Counted from the whole stretch's first letter, positions 38,204-52,808 are shown. The stretch is DNA of 63,781 nt, filler included, from Octopus bimaculoides (GCF_001194135.2; 5 parts of 5 records of this genome joined end to end with filler, not necessarily neighbours in it), one strand, 5' to 3'. Numbers and translations: made by a program. The notes: generated by a model from the letters alone, not told the origin.

Positions 38204-40563
38204 ATGTATATATATTCATATACATTTACATACATACATACATACATACACACACACACGCACACACACACATACACACACACACACGCACACGCACACA
38301 CACACACATATATATATATACATACCACGAACAAGGTAAGAGATCAAGCAGAATGTTTCTGAAAATGCAGGTAGTTTTATGTACGTATTGATGAGTTAAC
38401 GTTGGTACAATGTTATCTGGTCCCCGATATCGTAAGGGGGAGTTTATGAAGTCACGATTAGACTGAATATCTTGTAATGTGACTCTCAAATGTAGGTATT
38501 CATTTAAGTATCCTTAGGATAAAATTGGTTGTTTCAGGTTAGTTTCAGGTTTAGTTTGCAACTCCAGAGCAACAATGCTTCCTTCGATTCTTTTTCACTA
38601 ACTTACTGTTGGCAAAATTTCACCTACGGTGGTTTGACCCATCCAACTGGATGTTTCTATATGTTCACACCAAAGGGAAAGGAAAATAATCTAACACTGA
38701 ATTGTGATTTGATACATCTCAACAACAAAGAATTGCTTGTACAAGTCATACATGATGAGAGTTGATGCTGTTCCTTACAAATATATTGTTATACCTAACC
38801 ACTTATTCATATATTTGTTTTCGTGGGACTTGCCTTTCATTAATTTCGCATTGTTCTGGCCTTACCCATGATCCGGTATACAAGATATATATATATAATA
38901 TGATATATTATATATATATATATATATACACGTATATATAAATATATATATACATATACNNNNNNNNNNNNNNNNNNNNNNNNNNNNNNNNNNNNNNNNN
39001 NNNNNNNNNNNNNNNNNNNNNNNNNNNNNNNNNNNNNNNNNNNNNNNNNNNNNNNNNNNNNNNNNNNNNNNNNNNNNNNNNNNNNNNNNNNNNNNNNNNN
39101 NNNNNNNNNNNNNNNNTACACATATATATACATATATGTATATACATATATATGTATGTATATTTTAACATACTTATGTGTGTACATGTGTGTGTGTGTA
39201 TTTTAGCATGGCAGACTTTTTTCTCCACCGCAACTGCATTGAATTTATCATTAGAAATTCAAATATGTCAGAAACACATTCTAGAAACCTAAAGTTTGCT
39301 TATGCCTAATCGCTGCTTAGCACCGACACTGCTGAACTCAGACACACACACATATATATACATATATAAATTTGCAATGTCTAATTTGTTGACTTTTTCT
39401 GAATTCCAAGACAAAATAATAAAGAATAGTAACATTATAAAGAACTCAAAGTAGATAATTAATATAACTAACAAAGGCCTAATCTGGTAATCTTGTACAA
39501 ACAAACAGTTTTCTTTTCTCCTATTATGTTTTAGAACTATCCACACCTGTGTATTTGTGTCATATCAATATTTTTGTTTCCTGAGTAACCGATATCATTA
39601 TACAAAACATGATGGTCGGATAAGCTCGCATAGAGTGCCGTGTATTTGAAGACAGTCTTTGAAATTCGAAAATAAATCATTGATGCTCTCCGAGAAAAAC
39701 AGGAAACAGAGTGGAAGAACGTGGTGAGAAATGCAAATTGAAAGTTAAGATAAGATAAATGAAAAAAGTATAAAATGAATGAATGACGAATTACATGCAT
39801 TGGCCAGACAGAGACGGCAATAATATGGCCGGTGTAATTAATTCAACGGGTAATGCTAAAACTTTGCGTGGCTGCATGCTTAATCCGGAGTGGGTGGTAT
39901 TTCCAGTTCAATAACACATACTTTTCCAGATTGTTATATTTAATGAAAGTTACAGAACTAGAATTCAGGATACAGTAAGATATACGATCTTTTGGCTAAA
40001 ACAGCTTCATCTCTTGGATATGTTAAGGTATTGCCTGGATGGTCCTATGATTCTCAAATCGATGTTGTGGAGTGCATCGTTGAATATCAGATGTGGCTAA
40101 CTAAACTCTTGGTTTTCTTCCTATCCACATGTTAAAAAGAACACCGAAAAGCATGTCATGTTTTAAAGTCCTTTTCCCGTATAGGAATGTACATTTTCTT
40201 TTCAAATTTATTAGTTCGGACATGGGCCAACGTGTTTACTTCAGCACCATAAACCACCGAATTAATCATGCGTTCCTGTTCGAGGGGCAAAAGCCTGTTT
40301 CTTGTTATGTCGACTAATAATTTCAATTTAACAATAAACTGAAGAATTAATCAATAATTATTTTTATAGAAAAATATTTCTCCTTTTACAGGAAGCACGA
40401 TAGTGATTTGAATGCAACACAATCTAACAAATTCTAGGTCATCAAAACTTGCATGCTACTGTAATTTCTATTCTTTTAAATATATAATATATAAATTTGG
40501 AAGCGCCTGGGTGACGGAGAGTTTTTGTATGGTGAAAGTAGACTTCCTATCCAATAAATATTC

Positions 40564-40774
40564 TTTTCTGATCTAGGCACAAAGCCCAAAATTTATGTGG
40601 AGGTGGCCAGTCGATTAGATCGACCACAGTATGCAACTGGTACTTAACTTTTCCACTCAAAAGTATGAAAGGCAAAGTCGACCTCGGCAGAATTTGAATT
40701 CAGAACGTAAAGATAGACGAAATACTGTTAAGTATTTCGTCATGCGTGTAAACGTTTCTGCAAGCACGCCGCTT
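40564..40774 (-). mobile_element. SINE family C copy with 16-bp target-site duplication
   Basis: TATCCAATAAATATTC at 40548-40563 and 40775-40790 flanks the element exactly. Confidence 0.9.
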
Positions 40775-40926
40775 TATCCAATAAATATTCCATGAGGTTT
40801 CGAACTCAACTCATTAGAGTAATACATACAAACAAATCACATACACATATACATACATAAGCATATACACACAGCCGCGCGCGCAGGCACACATATTACT
40901 TTTGATGTCTTAATTATTGTTAGAGC

Positions 40927-41145
40927 TAAGATGGCGAGCTGGCAAAAACGTCAGCATGCTGGGCGAAATACTTAGCATTATTTCTTCTGTCTTTAGGTTC
41001 TGAGTTCAAATACTGCCGAGGTCGATTTTGCCTGTCAACGTTCTGGTGTCGATAAATTAATTACCAGTTGCGCACTCAGGTCGATCTAATCGACTGACCC
41101 TTTCCACCAAAATTTCGGGCCTTGTGTCTAGAGTAGTAAAGAATT
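40927..41145 (+). mobile_element. SINE family C copy (inverted relative to 40564-40774)
   Basis: taagatggcgagctggc...gaggtcgattttgcc...ggccttgtgtctagagtagtaaagaatt. Confidence 0.85.
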
Positions 41146-43249
41146 ATTGTTTGGGTTTCAGTCAAACGAATGGCCTACAGTACTAATTTTTGTTGATCCT
41201 TTTTGCCAAAGATCCAGAATACAAAGATGTAAACAAACAGCGATTGTCAAGCTGTGGCAGGGGGGAAATCACAAGCACAAAGGCGTACATACACAAATAT
41301 CTATCTATCTATCTATCTATCTATATATCTATCAATCTTACAGTTGTCTATCAACTTCGCATTGAGCATTACTTGTTGAGTAGAATCGTATTGTATAGGT
41401 TTTTATACTGACTAAACCGCAGTTTAAAATATTAGGAATAATTCAAAACATAATCTTATTGATAACAATACACATGACTGATAACACTAAGTTCTAAGTG
41501 ATTCCCATTGCTGGTGAAATTTCTGGAAGCTTCAGCTGGAAACGTCACCTTCCACAGAAGACATACATTGAAAACCCCATTTCCAACAACTTCACGAAAC
41601 ATACAGCTGTGCGAGTACAGGCAATGATTAATTGATCTGTGCGAGGTGACATCATGGGTATCAAAGCTATTGTTCATGAATACATTAAAAATAATACAAA
41701 GAAATTGGATTGGTGACATTTACAAGTTTATGAGCGTTTCCTCAAGCAAACATATAATGTGAGTCTTACAACTTTTGAAAATGTTATAACTCAGCGATCA
41801 CTCTCTTTCAGTCTGTACTTCATACAGCTTTTGTATAATCATGCAGAAATAAACACAGAAGATTGCTTTACTGCAACTAAGTACAATCGATAGGCTATCT
41901 TTCTTGGATCATTCTTCCGAAGCGTTTCAGTATTAAAAGAGAAAATTGAAATGGCATTTCGCATATTTTAACGGTATTTTATAGCATTTCTCCATCCACT
42001 ACCACCAACAGAACATGTATTATGTGAACCTTTTGTTCTAAAAGAATGTTAATCAGGGTTTTGTGACATTTGATGCGTTCTCTTAATGAAAGGAATCTTT
42101 AAAAGATAAAGTCCCACTGCTTCATGCTTACACAATCGCATTAACTATATGGATCCTTACTATAGATTGACAAAAGTCGAAAGTTTTGGATCAGAGTAAA
42201 GTCGAACTCATTCATTTAAAAAAATGGACTGAATCTCAGTCTGTAAGTGATTCTCAAGAAAAGTCCTGAGAAAGGAACATAGAGCAACTGTAAATTCATC
42301 TACATAATAAAAATCGATCGCAGAGTTTCAGATTTCTGAAATTCGTGAGAAAATATGACCTACGTGTATCACGTTTGCCTTAAATACAGACAGAGTAAGA
42401 GAAAGATAGAGAGATTAGTGTAAAAGATCAAGTTGGTAAAATATTTTTCCCTTTCCTGTAGTTGAATTCGCGTGATTTTGCATGCAGTTGAATTGTCTCG
42501 CTTTTACATTATCGTTGCCTCGCATGGTTAGCGATGCTTTTGTGTGTAAGTGCAAAGTTTGGAAGTGGAGACTTTTGAAGACAAATTTCCAATCTTACAG
42601 ATATAGGTTGGCAGATACCAACAGTACTGTCGATTGCTTTTTAACTTAATTTACGTCTCAATATTTTGTATGCAGTAAATTCCATGCTATTAACCAAACA
42701 GTTTCTTTACTAACATATTAATTAAGAATTGAAAATATGACATTTTTTTCTAATTGCAAATCTAATACAAAACTATAAATATATATATACGATATATACA
42801 TACGATACATTCATTCCATATTTTAATGTTTAATCAAGTAATAAGAATGACCAAACGAGACTGTATCCTAAGCATACCGGACTTTTATTACTGATAGTGT
42901 ATATCGTGCTACGCGCCAGTATTTCCTTTCTTACACTGTTTTACTTGAAAGGGATTTGTTTCTAGTTTATCATTTCAACTCATAGTTGCTGGTCAGAAAT
43001 TAACTTACATAAAAAGGAATTGTGTAAAAGACGCTGGCCTATATTGAACATCGCATCTGACAGCTTGAAGTGCATAATTGTCTCGGACCCAAAATCTCAG
43101 GTGAAACCACATATAAGAAAGAAACTACGACAAGGCTAGTAATGGTCAGAGCGTCTATGGGAAGGTTTAATAACACCTGGAGCAGTAAAATGCCACCCAA
43201 ATTTTAAAAAAAACAAGGCTGTTTTCAGCGCTGAAGTTGTCCTAAACAA

Positions 43250-43617
43250 ACGTAAGGTTGCAATGCATGGCTCTCAATTTAAAAGGATTATAATCAATGC
43301 GTTTGAAATGTGGGTGTAGGATTATGTTGCATATCCCTGACAAGGATTATCGGACAAATGAATGGGTACTTCAATAATAGGTCATGGGCAAGAACTCCTG
43401 AAAATTGTCAAAAACCAAAATCTCAGAATTCTGGAAAACATTATAATTGAAGGAATAATTGAGGCTAGTTCACCAAGAGGCAGGAAACGTGCCCAATATA
43501 TACAAAACATTACGATTTGGTTGCAGAAAATTGGCAAGCAGGTAATCGCATGTAATAGACAATCCTTGTGGCACTTTCAATCTGCTGAAGACTTACGGTA
43601 GATGACGACAACAACCT
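43250..43617 (+). mobile_element. Old RTE/BovB-like LINE, C-terminal ORF fragment and tail
   Basis: Broken reading INAFEMW...TNEWVL...GQELLKIVK...LENIIIEGIIEASSPRGRKRAQYIQNITIW..., then tagatgacgacaac tail; typical RTE C-terminus (FEMW, EG.IEG.R.RGR). Confidence 0.75.
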
Positions 43618-45033
43618 AACGATGAAGAAAATGTTTCCTCTACCAAATATCTACAACGTGAGGACCTACACATAATCACTCGGGTCATTTATACGTAACA
43701 GTTAAAAATCCTTAAAATCTTATCGTATTATATATATATATATATTCATATAAATATCATCATGATAAATAATGATGGTCACTAGAGTTATGCATTTTCT
43801 ATAGTTAGGTTGAACAAGAAAAGCAGTAACAGAATGTTGTAATGTAATGAAATATCATTTAGAAATAATACACAGAATAGCATGATTCTATTTCATTTTG
43901 AATTGTGTTTGTTTTACCTTAGAATCTATATAATTTACAAATACTAAATTTCTCAATTAATTTCATCTACAGAATATAATTAGAAAACTTTAAAATCGTA
44001 GACTATTGGGGACATGTTGCGTGTATCCTCTTTCTATATATGTATCTTTTATTAATCTTCATTAATCAATATATTTGCTGCAGGAAATAACGAAATTAGC
44101 CAAGGGTATATTTTTCCTTAAATTAGTATATAATTTGGCCATTGTTAAATAGAAAATGTGAGTTAGTAAAATTCTATCAGAACTATTATGTCGCCCTTTT
44201 CGTTATTTATTACATTATTGACCATTCTATTATTTTCTCCATTCATAAGATGTTTCATATAATTATTCGACCCTGGCATTAATTAAGTCTATGAGAATTC
44301 GATGCATATTTTACATTGATATACCAGCTATAATAAGTTTTTCCTGAGATTTCATTCGATGCTGAAATATTTCTGACTCAATCATATGTTTAAAGCAGGA
44401 ATGTGTTTAATATAGTGAGATGTGTTGATCTAATCTTATATACTCATAAATGATTAGATCAAACCTTTGTAAACTCAAGGACTCCGTTAAAGCTTAATTG
44501 AAAGATTAGAAGAATATAGAAAGGAAAAATAATTGGAAATTAACATGGAGTCATTAGTATATAGATTAAACAAATTGTATTTTGCCCGTAATATTTTGAA
44601 TATAATCCTTACCATACAACATTCTGGGTCGAATCCACTCTCTATTCAGCCTTATGACTTTACGGTCCGCTTTTTTCTTTTATTTTTTTTATGTGTTTTT
44701 TTTTTTTTGCTTTTTGGTGTTTCCCATCTTCCACCTTCCACGTAAACTTCCTTCTCGGCTTTTTCACGTATCGTCTGTCGTGCTATCGTCCTATTTTATA
44801 TTCTTATGCTATGCCAAGTAGGCAGAGCCTTAAATTGTATGAAGCCACAAGACGTATTACACAATTCTGTCTGATTTGTTTTTAATCACATGAAAATATT
44901 ACTTGCTTATAAAAGTATGTACAGTGTTTATTAAAAAATATTTATGTCACCAGAAGGAATACTTTTTTGTTGATCATATCATCACGGAACAGTACACTAT
45001 ATGTATACACGCATATACTGCATACATATAGAC

Positions 45034-45075
<42 letters not shown>

Positions 45076-47512
45076 CTATGCATGGATAATGGCATTAGCA
45101 GCTTCAGTAACAAAGGATAATTAGTATAGCCAACTTAAAATGGATATCTTCTTAGTACACAGAATAGGTATTATTAGGCTTGAGAAGTCCACTCACATAG
45201 GCACTTGGACTATAAATCATGCACATAGACCATAGTATACGAGAATTGTCAGGCTGCAGAAGTGGCCCGGTAACTTTTTGTCACCACCTAATTTTACTCA
45301 TATTTGATGTTTTTGGAATAGCAGCCATCATTTTTCATATTTTTAACAGTATGCCATAACAAGTAAAGCGCATCTATGGCATTCGATCTATAGATCCATA
45401 ATCCACTATATCATAGCCATCACATATTTCTTAATTAACGGTTTAATTCTAGCAGATAATGTGACCACTGAAAAACGCACTCGTTGCTGGAGCGTTGGGG
45501 TGCATACTTCGTCTTTGACACTTTCATCGTTCGTCGGTGTTAACGCTTTCCGGTGTCCGACATATAGTTGTTAAATTTTAATTCTGGTTATGGATATAGA
45601 AATGACAAAGGTAGTTCACAGTTTGACAGATAATCTCCGAATGGAATGCTTATAACTAAGACCATACCTAATCTCATAAAAGCAGAGACAAAATTATTGC
45701 AATATAACGTGACTTAAGCTCAGGACTTGTCGAAATCAGCCTACAGGAAGAAATATGTATATACAGTAAGACGATAAATCGAAAATACAGGTAAGATGCG
45801 TGGAGTTGATTATAAATGACAACTGGAGGAGATAAACAATCTCAAATACCATCAGTGTAGGAGAAATATATTCCATGAAATGAAATGCTGTTTGACATGC
45901 CATATTTATAATAACGTAAGTATTTTACTGTATACGGTCATAGAAATGCCAACATGTTTACACAATCGCATCGCTGCATAGCGGTAAATAACGGGCTACG
46001 AAGATTTGCGTTCCATCAAGAATTTCAACTTGACTTAAAGAATTGTATTTGTTGTTGACAAATTTCGGGTATTGTGTGTAGTTATGGATATATGACCGTA
46101 TATGCGTCAGTGTTTGTTACGATTTTGTTTACGGGTGTGTATACGCAGATCAGGTGAGTGCATGTATGCGAATGAGTATAGTATTTCAAGTTACTATGGC
46201 GTCTATGTTTTGTTGTTGTATTAGTATTTGTGTTCGTGTGCTGGCGTATATGCTCTATGTGTGTTCACGATGGCACGTATTTTAATTTATTTATAACAAC
46301 ATTTCTAGTAATTACAATTCACTAATATATATTAATATATATTCCTATAACAATATATGCCATTACATATACGCCAACATACACATGGAGAGGTATATAA
46401 ATTTCCATTACATCACTTGTTTATACTGAAGAGTATACCTCCACATTGCAACAATAGCAAGAACTTAAAAACGTTCGAATCCTATTAAATTTAAAGCGAA
46501 ACAAATTATAAATACAATGAAGTTTTCATTTTCCTCCTTATTGCGAGACTAAGAATAAAACAAATCAAATGATAAATAGTTACAGAAGAAGGGAGAGAGA
46601 GAAAAAATAAAATATATATGCATAGACAGTAGGTATAAAAACTTAGCTAAAACTTACCCTATTCTCTACAATGACGGAAGTATTACCAAACAGTTTGGAA
46701 AGTAAATGAGGTAAATAGTAATTCAAGTTCATTTGTTGGGTATTAAACATCGTTATCTTTAAAGTCTATCAAATGACAGTATAGAATACTAAACAAAACG
46801 GTTATACAACTACTTGGAAATGGAATGTAATTAACGTTTGGGGAGAGGGCATGGAAAGGAAATAAATTAATCTAATCTAAAGTTAACAATTCTCTTTGAT
46901 CTAAAAACACTTAAATACAAATACATTCCTAACGATAGACATATACCTGTACAAAACGCTGCAGCACAAGAGTTTCTATATAGCCCGTCTATCTGCTAAA
47001 TATATCAGTCGAGTGTCACTATCAAAGTACCCTGCATTTTTATAAATGGAAGAATCATTAAACCTTGTAATTCACAATTTACAAACTTTTACTGCTGAGT
47101 ATAGGCCAGTTTGTTAAGCTCAGCATAACATATGAAAAGCTACATACTTATCATTGAAGGACACATTATAGATGCCACGTAAACAGGAATTTGAAAAATG
47201 AAAATTAAATTTTTAGTGTTTTATTTCGCTCCTGTTCATTCTTATTGAACCGAGCTTCCCTCAAAGTGATTATAACTGCAATCATCCAGTCTTTCAGGTT
47301 TTTGCTTATCTCAGACTATGCTATCCTGAAGTCCCAAAAAGTCCCAAAAGTAACCCAACCATCCGGAGATATTTGACTTTGGCCTTTTATACAGGGAGTA
47401 ATAACTATTGCTAATTTTGTTATAGACTAGCAATTTTCAAAGATGGGGTAAGTCCAGTTTTTGAACCGGCTGAACTACACTGGTGATATTTTATCCCACC
47501 TGAAAGGATGTA

Positions 47513-47768
47513 CGGGAGGCGCAACGGCCTAGTGGTTAGGGCAGCGGACTCGCGGTTGGAGGATCGCGGTTTCGATTCTCAGACCTGGCGTTGTGCGTGT
47601 TTATTGAGCGAAATCACCTAAAAGCTCCACGAGGCTCCGGCAGGGGGCGGTGGCGACCCCTGTTGTACTCTTTCGCCCCACCTTTCTCTCACTTTTTCTT
47701 CCTGTTTCTTGAGTAAAGCTGCAATGGACTGCCGTCCCGTCCAGTTGGGGGGAACACATACGCCATAC
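47513..47768 (+). mobile_element. tRNA-headed SINE, subfamily B
   Basis: Homologous to 22931-23242 through gcaatggactgccgtcccgtccagttggggggaacacatacgccata. Confidence 0.85.
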
Positions 47769-49106
47769 AAATATATGTATGCATCCACGCATGTTTATGC
47801 ACCTATATGTTTTTTGTATTTACACACACACACACACACACACACANNNNNNNNNNNNNNNNNNNNNNNNNNNNNNNNNNNNNNNNNNNNNNNNNNNNNN
47901 TATATATATATATATATATTGGCGGTTTCTGCGAATGTAATTGTTTTCGAAAGTAATTTTCTGGACATTTGTCTTTGGTAGATATATGAAAACCTTTCGT
48001 CGGGTAGAAAATGTTTCAGCACTATTGCTAATATTTTTTGATTACCAAACGAGGCTTACTGTATGCGTATTGCAAAGAGATGGTATTTTCTTTTCATATT
48101 GTTTTTCTTTAATAATGTAAATCCGTTTACCAACGGTGAATTATAAAATTATGTACGCTTATCAACCTCAGACGTACATCGAGCGCTTTGTATCTCTGTA
48201 CAAATAATTGTATGCAGCTATGCATATTTCTGTATAAATGCATCAATTTATTTATATATATTCGTGTATATATCAGTGTGTGTGTATATGTTTGTACGTG
48301 CGTGTGTGTAGCTGTGTTTTTGTGTGGACACCGTAATTATATTTACGCTCGTTGTGTATCTGAATTTATGTGAACGTGTACCTGTGTATGGAAATTTGTT
48401 TAGATCATGTATTTTAAAGTGACTTCATGAGGCAATATACAAGTATATTGTATGAAAATAATTAAGGTTTCTTTTTTTTTCTTTCGAAATAAAACAGAAA
48501 ATACGAAGACAATATCAAACGTAAGTGTTTAATATTTGATGAAAGAAAATTATTGGGTGTGACATTTGAGAACAACATAATCACATATCAATAGAAAAGT
48601 CATAACGGACGTTCACTTATTCATTTCGAAATAAAATATTACTATAGTGAACTATATACATTCATTGGCTGAGTCTTCTCACGTGTCATTACATTGACAG
48701 TTATTTTAGTTTTACTGTACTGATAGAGGTCAGTTGAAACGAATTAATAAACGGCTACATACAGCCAAGATTCGCATAATATATAGTGTCGAACAAAAAA
48801 ACGAGGCATTTCTCTAATCATATTGACAGTTTTGGTCGTCGAATATATGGTTTGTTATTCGGACATTACACACATTCCTCGAAAGAATGTTGTTGGATGC
48901 ACATTGAAACTCATATAGCTGTTAGTTTGTTATTATGGGATAAGGCATTATAAAAATTCCTATCAAATACGTTTATATGTGTGTGTATGCGTGTGTGTGT
49001 GTGTTTGTTTGTGTGCGTTTCTGTGTATGTATGCATATATATATATATATATANNNNNNNNNNNNNNNNNNNNNNNNNNNNNNNNNNNNNNNNNNNNNTA
49101 TATATT

Positions 49107-49165
<59 letters not shown>

Positions 49166-52100
49166 ATGTATTCACATGTATACATACATATACACATTAT
49201 CTATTTTTCTATCAATGGATCTATTTATTTGTCTGTCTCTTTGTCTTTCTTTCTACATGTGTGCGTGCATGTGCGTGTGTATGTGTGAGGACCAATGAAC
49301 TGGTGCTTAAGGGAATCTATGAAAAGCTATGTCCTTTTAAAAGACAGAAATTATTTTCCAAATTCTTCTTATGCCATGCTAAACAAAGACATCTATCTGT
49401 ATTGATATCAACTCTTTCTGATCTGCTAAAAAACGGTAAAATGACTATAAACATACAACGCCTCAGAAAAATGATAACTGAAAAAAAGTAACGTATTCTG
49501 GCATATGGTATTGAAAATGGTTCATATTCCAAATGAAGAATTCAGCAACAAAATGTCTTTCTCCTGGGACGCACTTAAAATTTATTGGCATGAAGAAGAA
49601 TAAAGCAGGCGTCTAGTAATGAGCTGGACTAAAATTCAAGACTAGATGATACTTAGCCGCTCTTACAATTTTCCGAATATATTCATTCACCATATCATAC
49701 AAATTGTTATTTCAACTCTCTGGAGACCTGCATATTTATATCTATATTGAAAAAAACACTTGTAACATCTCTTCACAAATAAGGCACAAGAGTTAAAAAT
49801 TAGGGCTGTTTCCCGTACATCTTACACATGTGTGACTGAAGATCGCATTGTTCAAAACGAATCATCAAATATCTTCAATTTAAATATCCCAGAGAAAATA
49901 TACACCACAGAGTTGCGCAGGGCGTTGTTATTATACAAAAGGAATTGAGTTTCAAATTTAATGGAAGCTTAGGTATACAGTAATTTGATTATTTATTTAA
50001 AGCTACCCGGGCTTTGATGATTCGGACGTGAAGAGCACTTGCGGACAAATCTTACCTTGGAATTTTACCTTCACGTTATGTGAATTCGTCAACATTTCTC
50101 AAGAATTTTCCAGATATGAAGTTAATGTGAATTGATGTGGTCTGCAAAGACAAGTGTTGAAAAATCACACACAATATACGATTTCGAAAGTATTTTCCTG
50201 AACGTAGAAGACAAGAATGCATGCTTACAGATATTTATTAGATCTCGCTCTCAATCGTCATACACATATATGCTGATTATGTTATGAAAAGAAAAGATAC
50301 AATTTCCAAATTCGTACGAATATTCCCCGAGATGATCAAAGAAAATCTTAAAAGCATTCCAGTAATTAATGTCCCTACGATATAGAGCTATGTTACTCCA
50401 CAACAATCTGAAATAAAATTTAAATACTAATTTTATATTAATCTGGAACTCGGTGGTCGTCATATGCTTTCAGTACGAGAGAAAAAAATCTGGTTTTGTC
50501 ACGTGGTCACTAATTCAAGAGGAATGTCATCATGATCCTGTAGATAATGTGGTTTTAGAGAGTACACAATATTTCCTGACTTATTGATAGGATGGCTTTA
50601 CATTCTTGAGTAGGTATTCAGGAAAATGAGAAGTATTTCTCAAAACAGTTTTGTTCTGTGTTGTTGAAATAGTACATACACCCACCCACATGCACATAGG
50701 CACGTGCATATATAGATATAATACAGAATGTACTACACACACACAAGCACACACGCACATATATGTATATATAGTTATACACACACACTTATTCGTAGGC
50801 ACGCATACATATATGTGTGCAGTGTGTGTCCATGTTTGTGTCATATCTATGTATTTTATTTGAAGCATTTCTTTTCTTACATTCAAAGTGTTAAAACCGT
50901 ATTTTTTTCAAAAGGAAGTCAGGATTATTTATGATACGACAGCTTTATATAACATAGAGCATATTTTACGGTTTTCCATTCTACGAATATCCAGTCATAT
51001 CCATCATAATGGAGGTTTATGTGATATTATACAACAGATGTCTTTTATTCAGGTATTTTTTTACGCTGCATCTCGAAAAATCCATCTTTGCGGGAGATGT
51101 TGAATATAATTCTTTTTATTATCAGCTATAGATATCTTACGTGCTGAAAGGCTTAAAATTAACCGGCTTCCTTCTGAAATTACATTACAAAACCTTAAGA
51201 TATAACCTAGCTAGAACGAAAATACGGTGATAAAAAGTTAATATTTTCTTAGTACAGCCGTTGTTCTAAACTTTACAATATAATATTCAAAATTTTCCTG
51301 ATGTGTCTAATGGAATTCTGATTTCATAATCGAAATAGGTTTTCACTGTGGATCAGGAATGATCGGCTGAAAAATAAAACGTTAATCTGAAATTTGCTTA
51401 TTTTCCATCAGTCATCATACCAAATTTGATAAAATTCCATCAACGATCAATATATCTACTTTTAATATATATATATGTATAACTGTGTGTGAGTCTGTGT
51501 GTATATGTGCGCGCACGCGTGTGTCTTTGTACGTACGTATGCGTATACGTGTATGTGTGTGTACGTGTGTGTGTGTTTGTGTGCGTGTGAGTGTGCATAT
51601 ATGCATATGTGCATATGCGTGGATGTATATGCGTGTATAATTCTGTGACCTCCTAAAACTACAGCACTTCCAGAACATTTCGTTTTCTATATTACTGTTG
51701 ATTTTATGGCGTAACATTTTGTAATTAATTGCCGTGGTATTTACTAGTATTTCAATTTGTGTTTAATTTCCTGCCTTAGCTAAATTGTCCAGAGAGGCAG
51801 ACAACTTTAATTTTGGTTTTTCACATCCTGTCTTGAAGCATTGCATTTGTCGTTAGACAAGTCAAAATTTATTTAACATAGTTATGAAAAAAGTATTACA
51901 CATGGTAAAGGAATTAAGCTGCAGATTCACCCCCACCAAGAATTTTAAAGAAATAGAAGTAGTGTTTCGCTATAATCATTGTCTAGGCCGTTAAATGTAT
52001 AGAATGTCACTCATAATGACGGAGTACTGAATTTCCTAATGAAGACAGAATGAATATGTTTGCAAAGCCTTTTGCATATAATAACAGTTCATTATTTGCT

Positions 52101-52343
52101 CAAGGCACAGTTTTCGATTAAATTAGGCTCGTAGGTATACGTTCGTGTCCAGTACTTGAATGATATTTTGTTTATTTCGACCCTGGTGGGCCAGAGTGCG
52201 AAAATGATCTCGGCGGCATTGAAACACTCTGTAAGATGCCGCAATATATGGGTCTCAGATATTTTGTAGCGCTTTCAAGATTAAGTCCATTAGTTGCCCT
52301 AGCAACAATTATACAAATAATCGTTTCTACTAAAGAGACAAAT

Positions 52344-52563
52344 CAGTTCTATATTTAAGAGATGAGGGATTATGTACGTTATTGACATTATTTGCATTTG
52401 ACGGATATTTGTCGTCATCTTGTTTCTTGTTAACACAACGTTTCGGCTGATATACCCTCCAGGCTTCATCAGGTGTCTTGGGGAAATTTCGAACCTGGTT
52501 TCTCATTCCTAAGGTATTTTTCGAATTTGTTGTTGTTGTTATTATTATTATTATTATTATTAT

Positions 52564-52609
<46 letters not shown>

Positions 52610-52678
52610 CAGGTCAGTGCCTGGAATCGAACTCAAAATCTTGGGTTAGTAGCCTGCGCTCTTAACCATTACGCCCAC
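52344..52678 (-). mobile_element. tRNA-like-headed element with microsatellite linker and hammerhead-like 3' module (left arm of fold-back)
   Basis: Minus strand: gggcgtaatgg (A box), gagttcgattcc (B box), (CTA)n(TAA)n(CAA)n, then aaaaataccttaggaatgaga...ctgatga...gaaacgt...catctcttaaatatagaactg. Confidence 0.75.
52432..52477 (-). ncRNA. Minimal type I hammerhead ribozyme-like motif
   Basis: GACAC-CUGAUGA-A-GCCUG(GAGGGUAUAU)CAGCC-GAAA-CGU-U-GUGUU: complete catalytic core, 5-bp stem I, stem II with 4 of 5 pairs, palindromic ACGU stem III, GUU cleavage triplet. Confidence 0.7.
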
Positions 52679-52755
52679 GGGCATATGGCGTAGTGGTTAA
52701 GAGCACGGGCGACTAACCCCAAGATTCATAGTCTGCTTTCAGGCAGTGACCTGAA

Positions 52756-52808
<53 letters not shown>

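Noticed and set aside
46082-46153. Plus-strand exon candidate YGYMTVYASVFVTILFTGVYTQI with gtgagt donor
   Set aside because: Weak acceptor, and the composition is that of degenerate GT/AT repeats, which mimic hydrophobic peptides.
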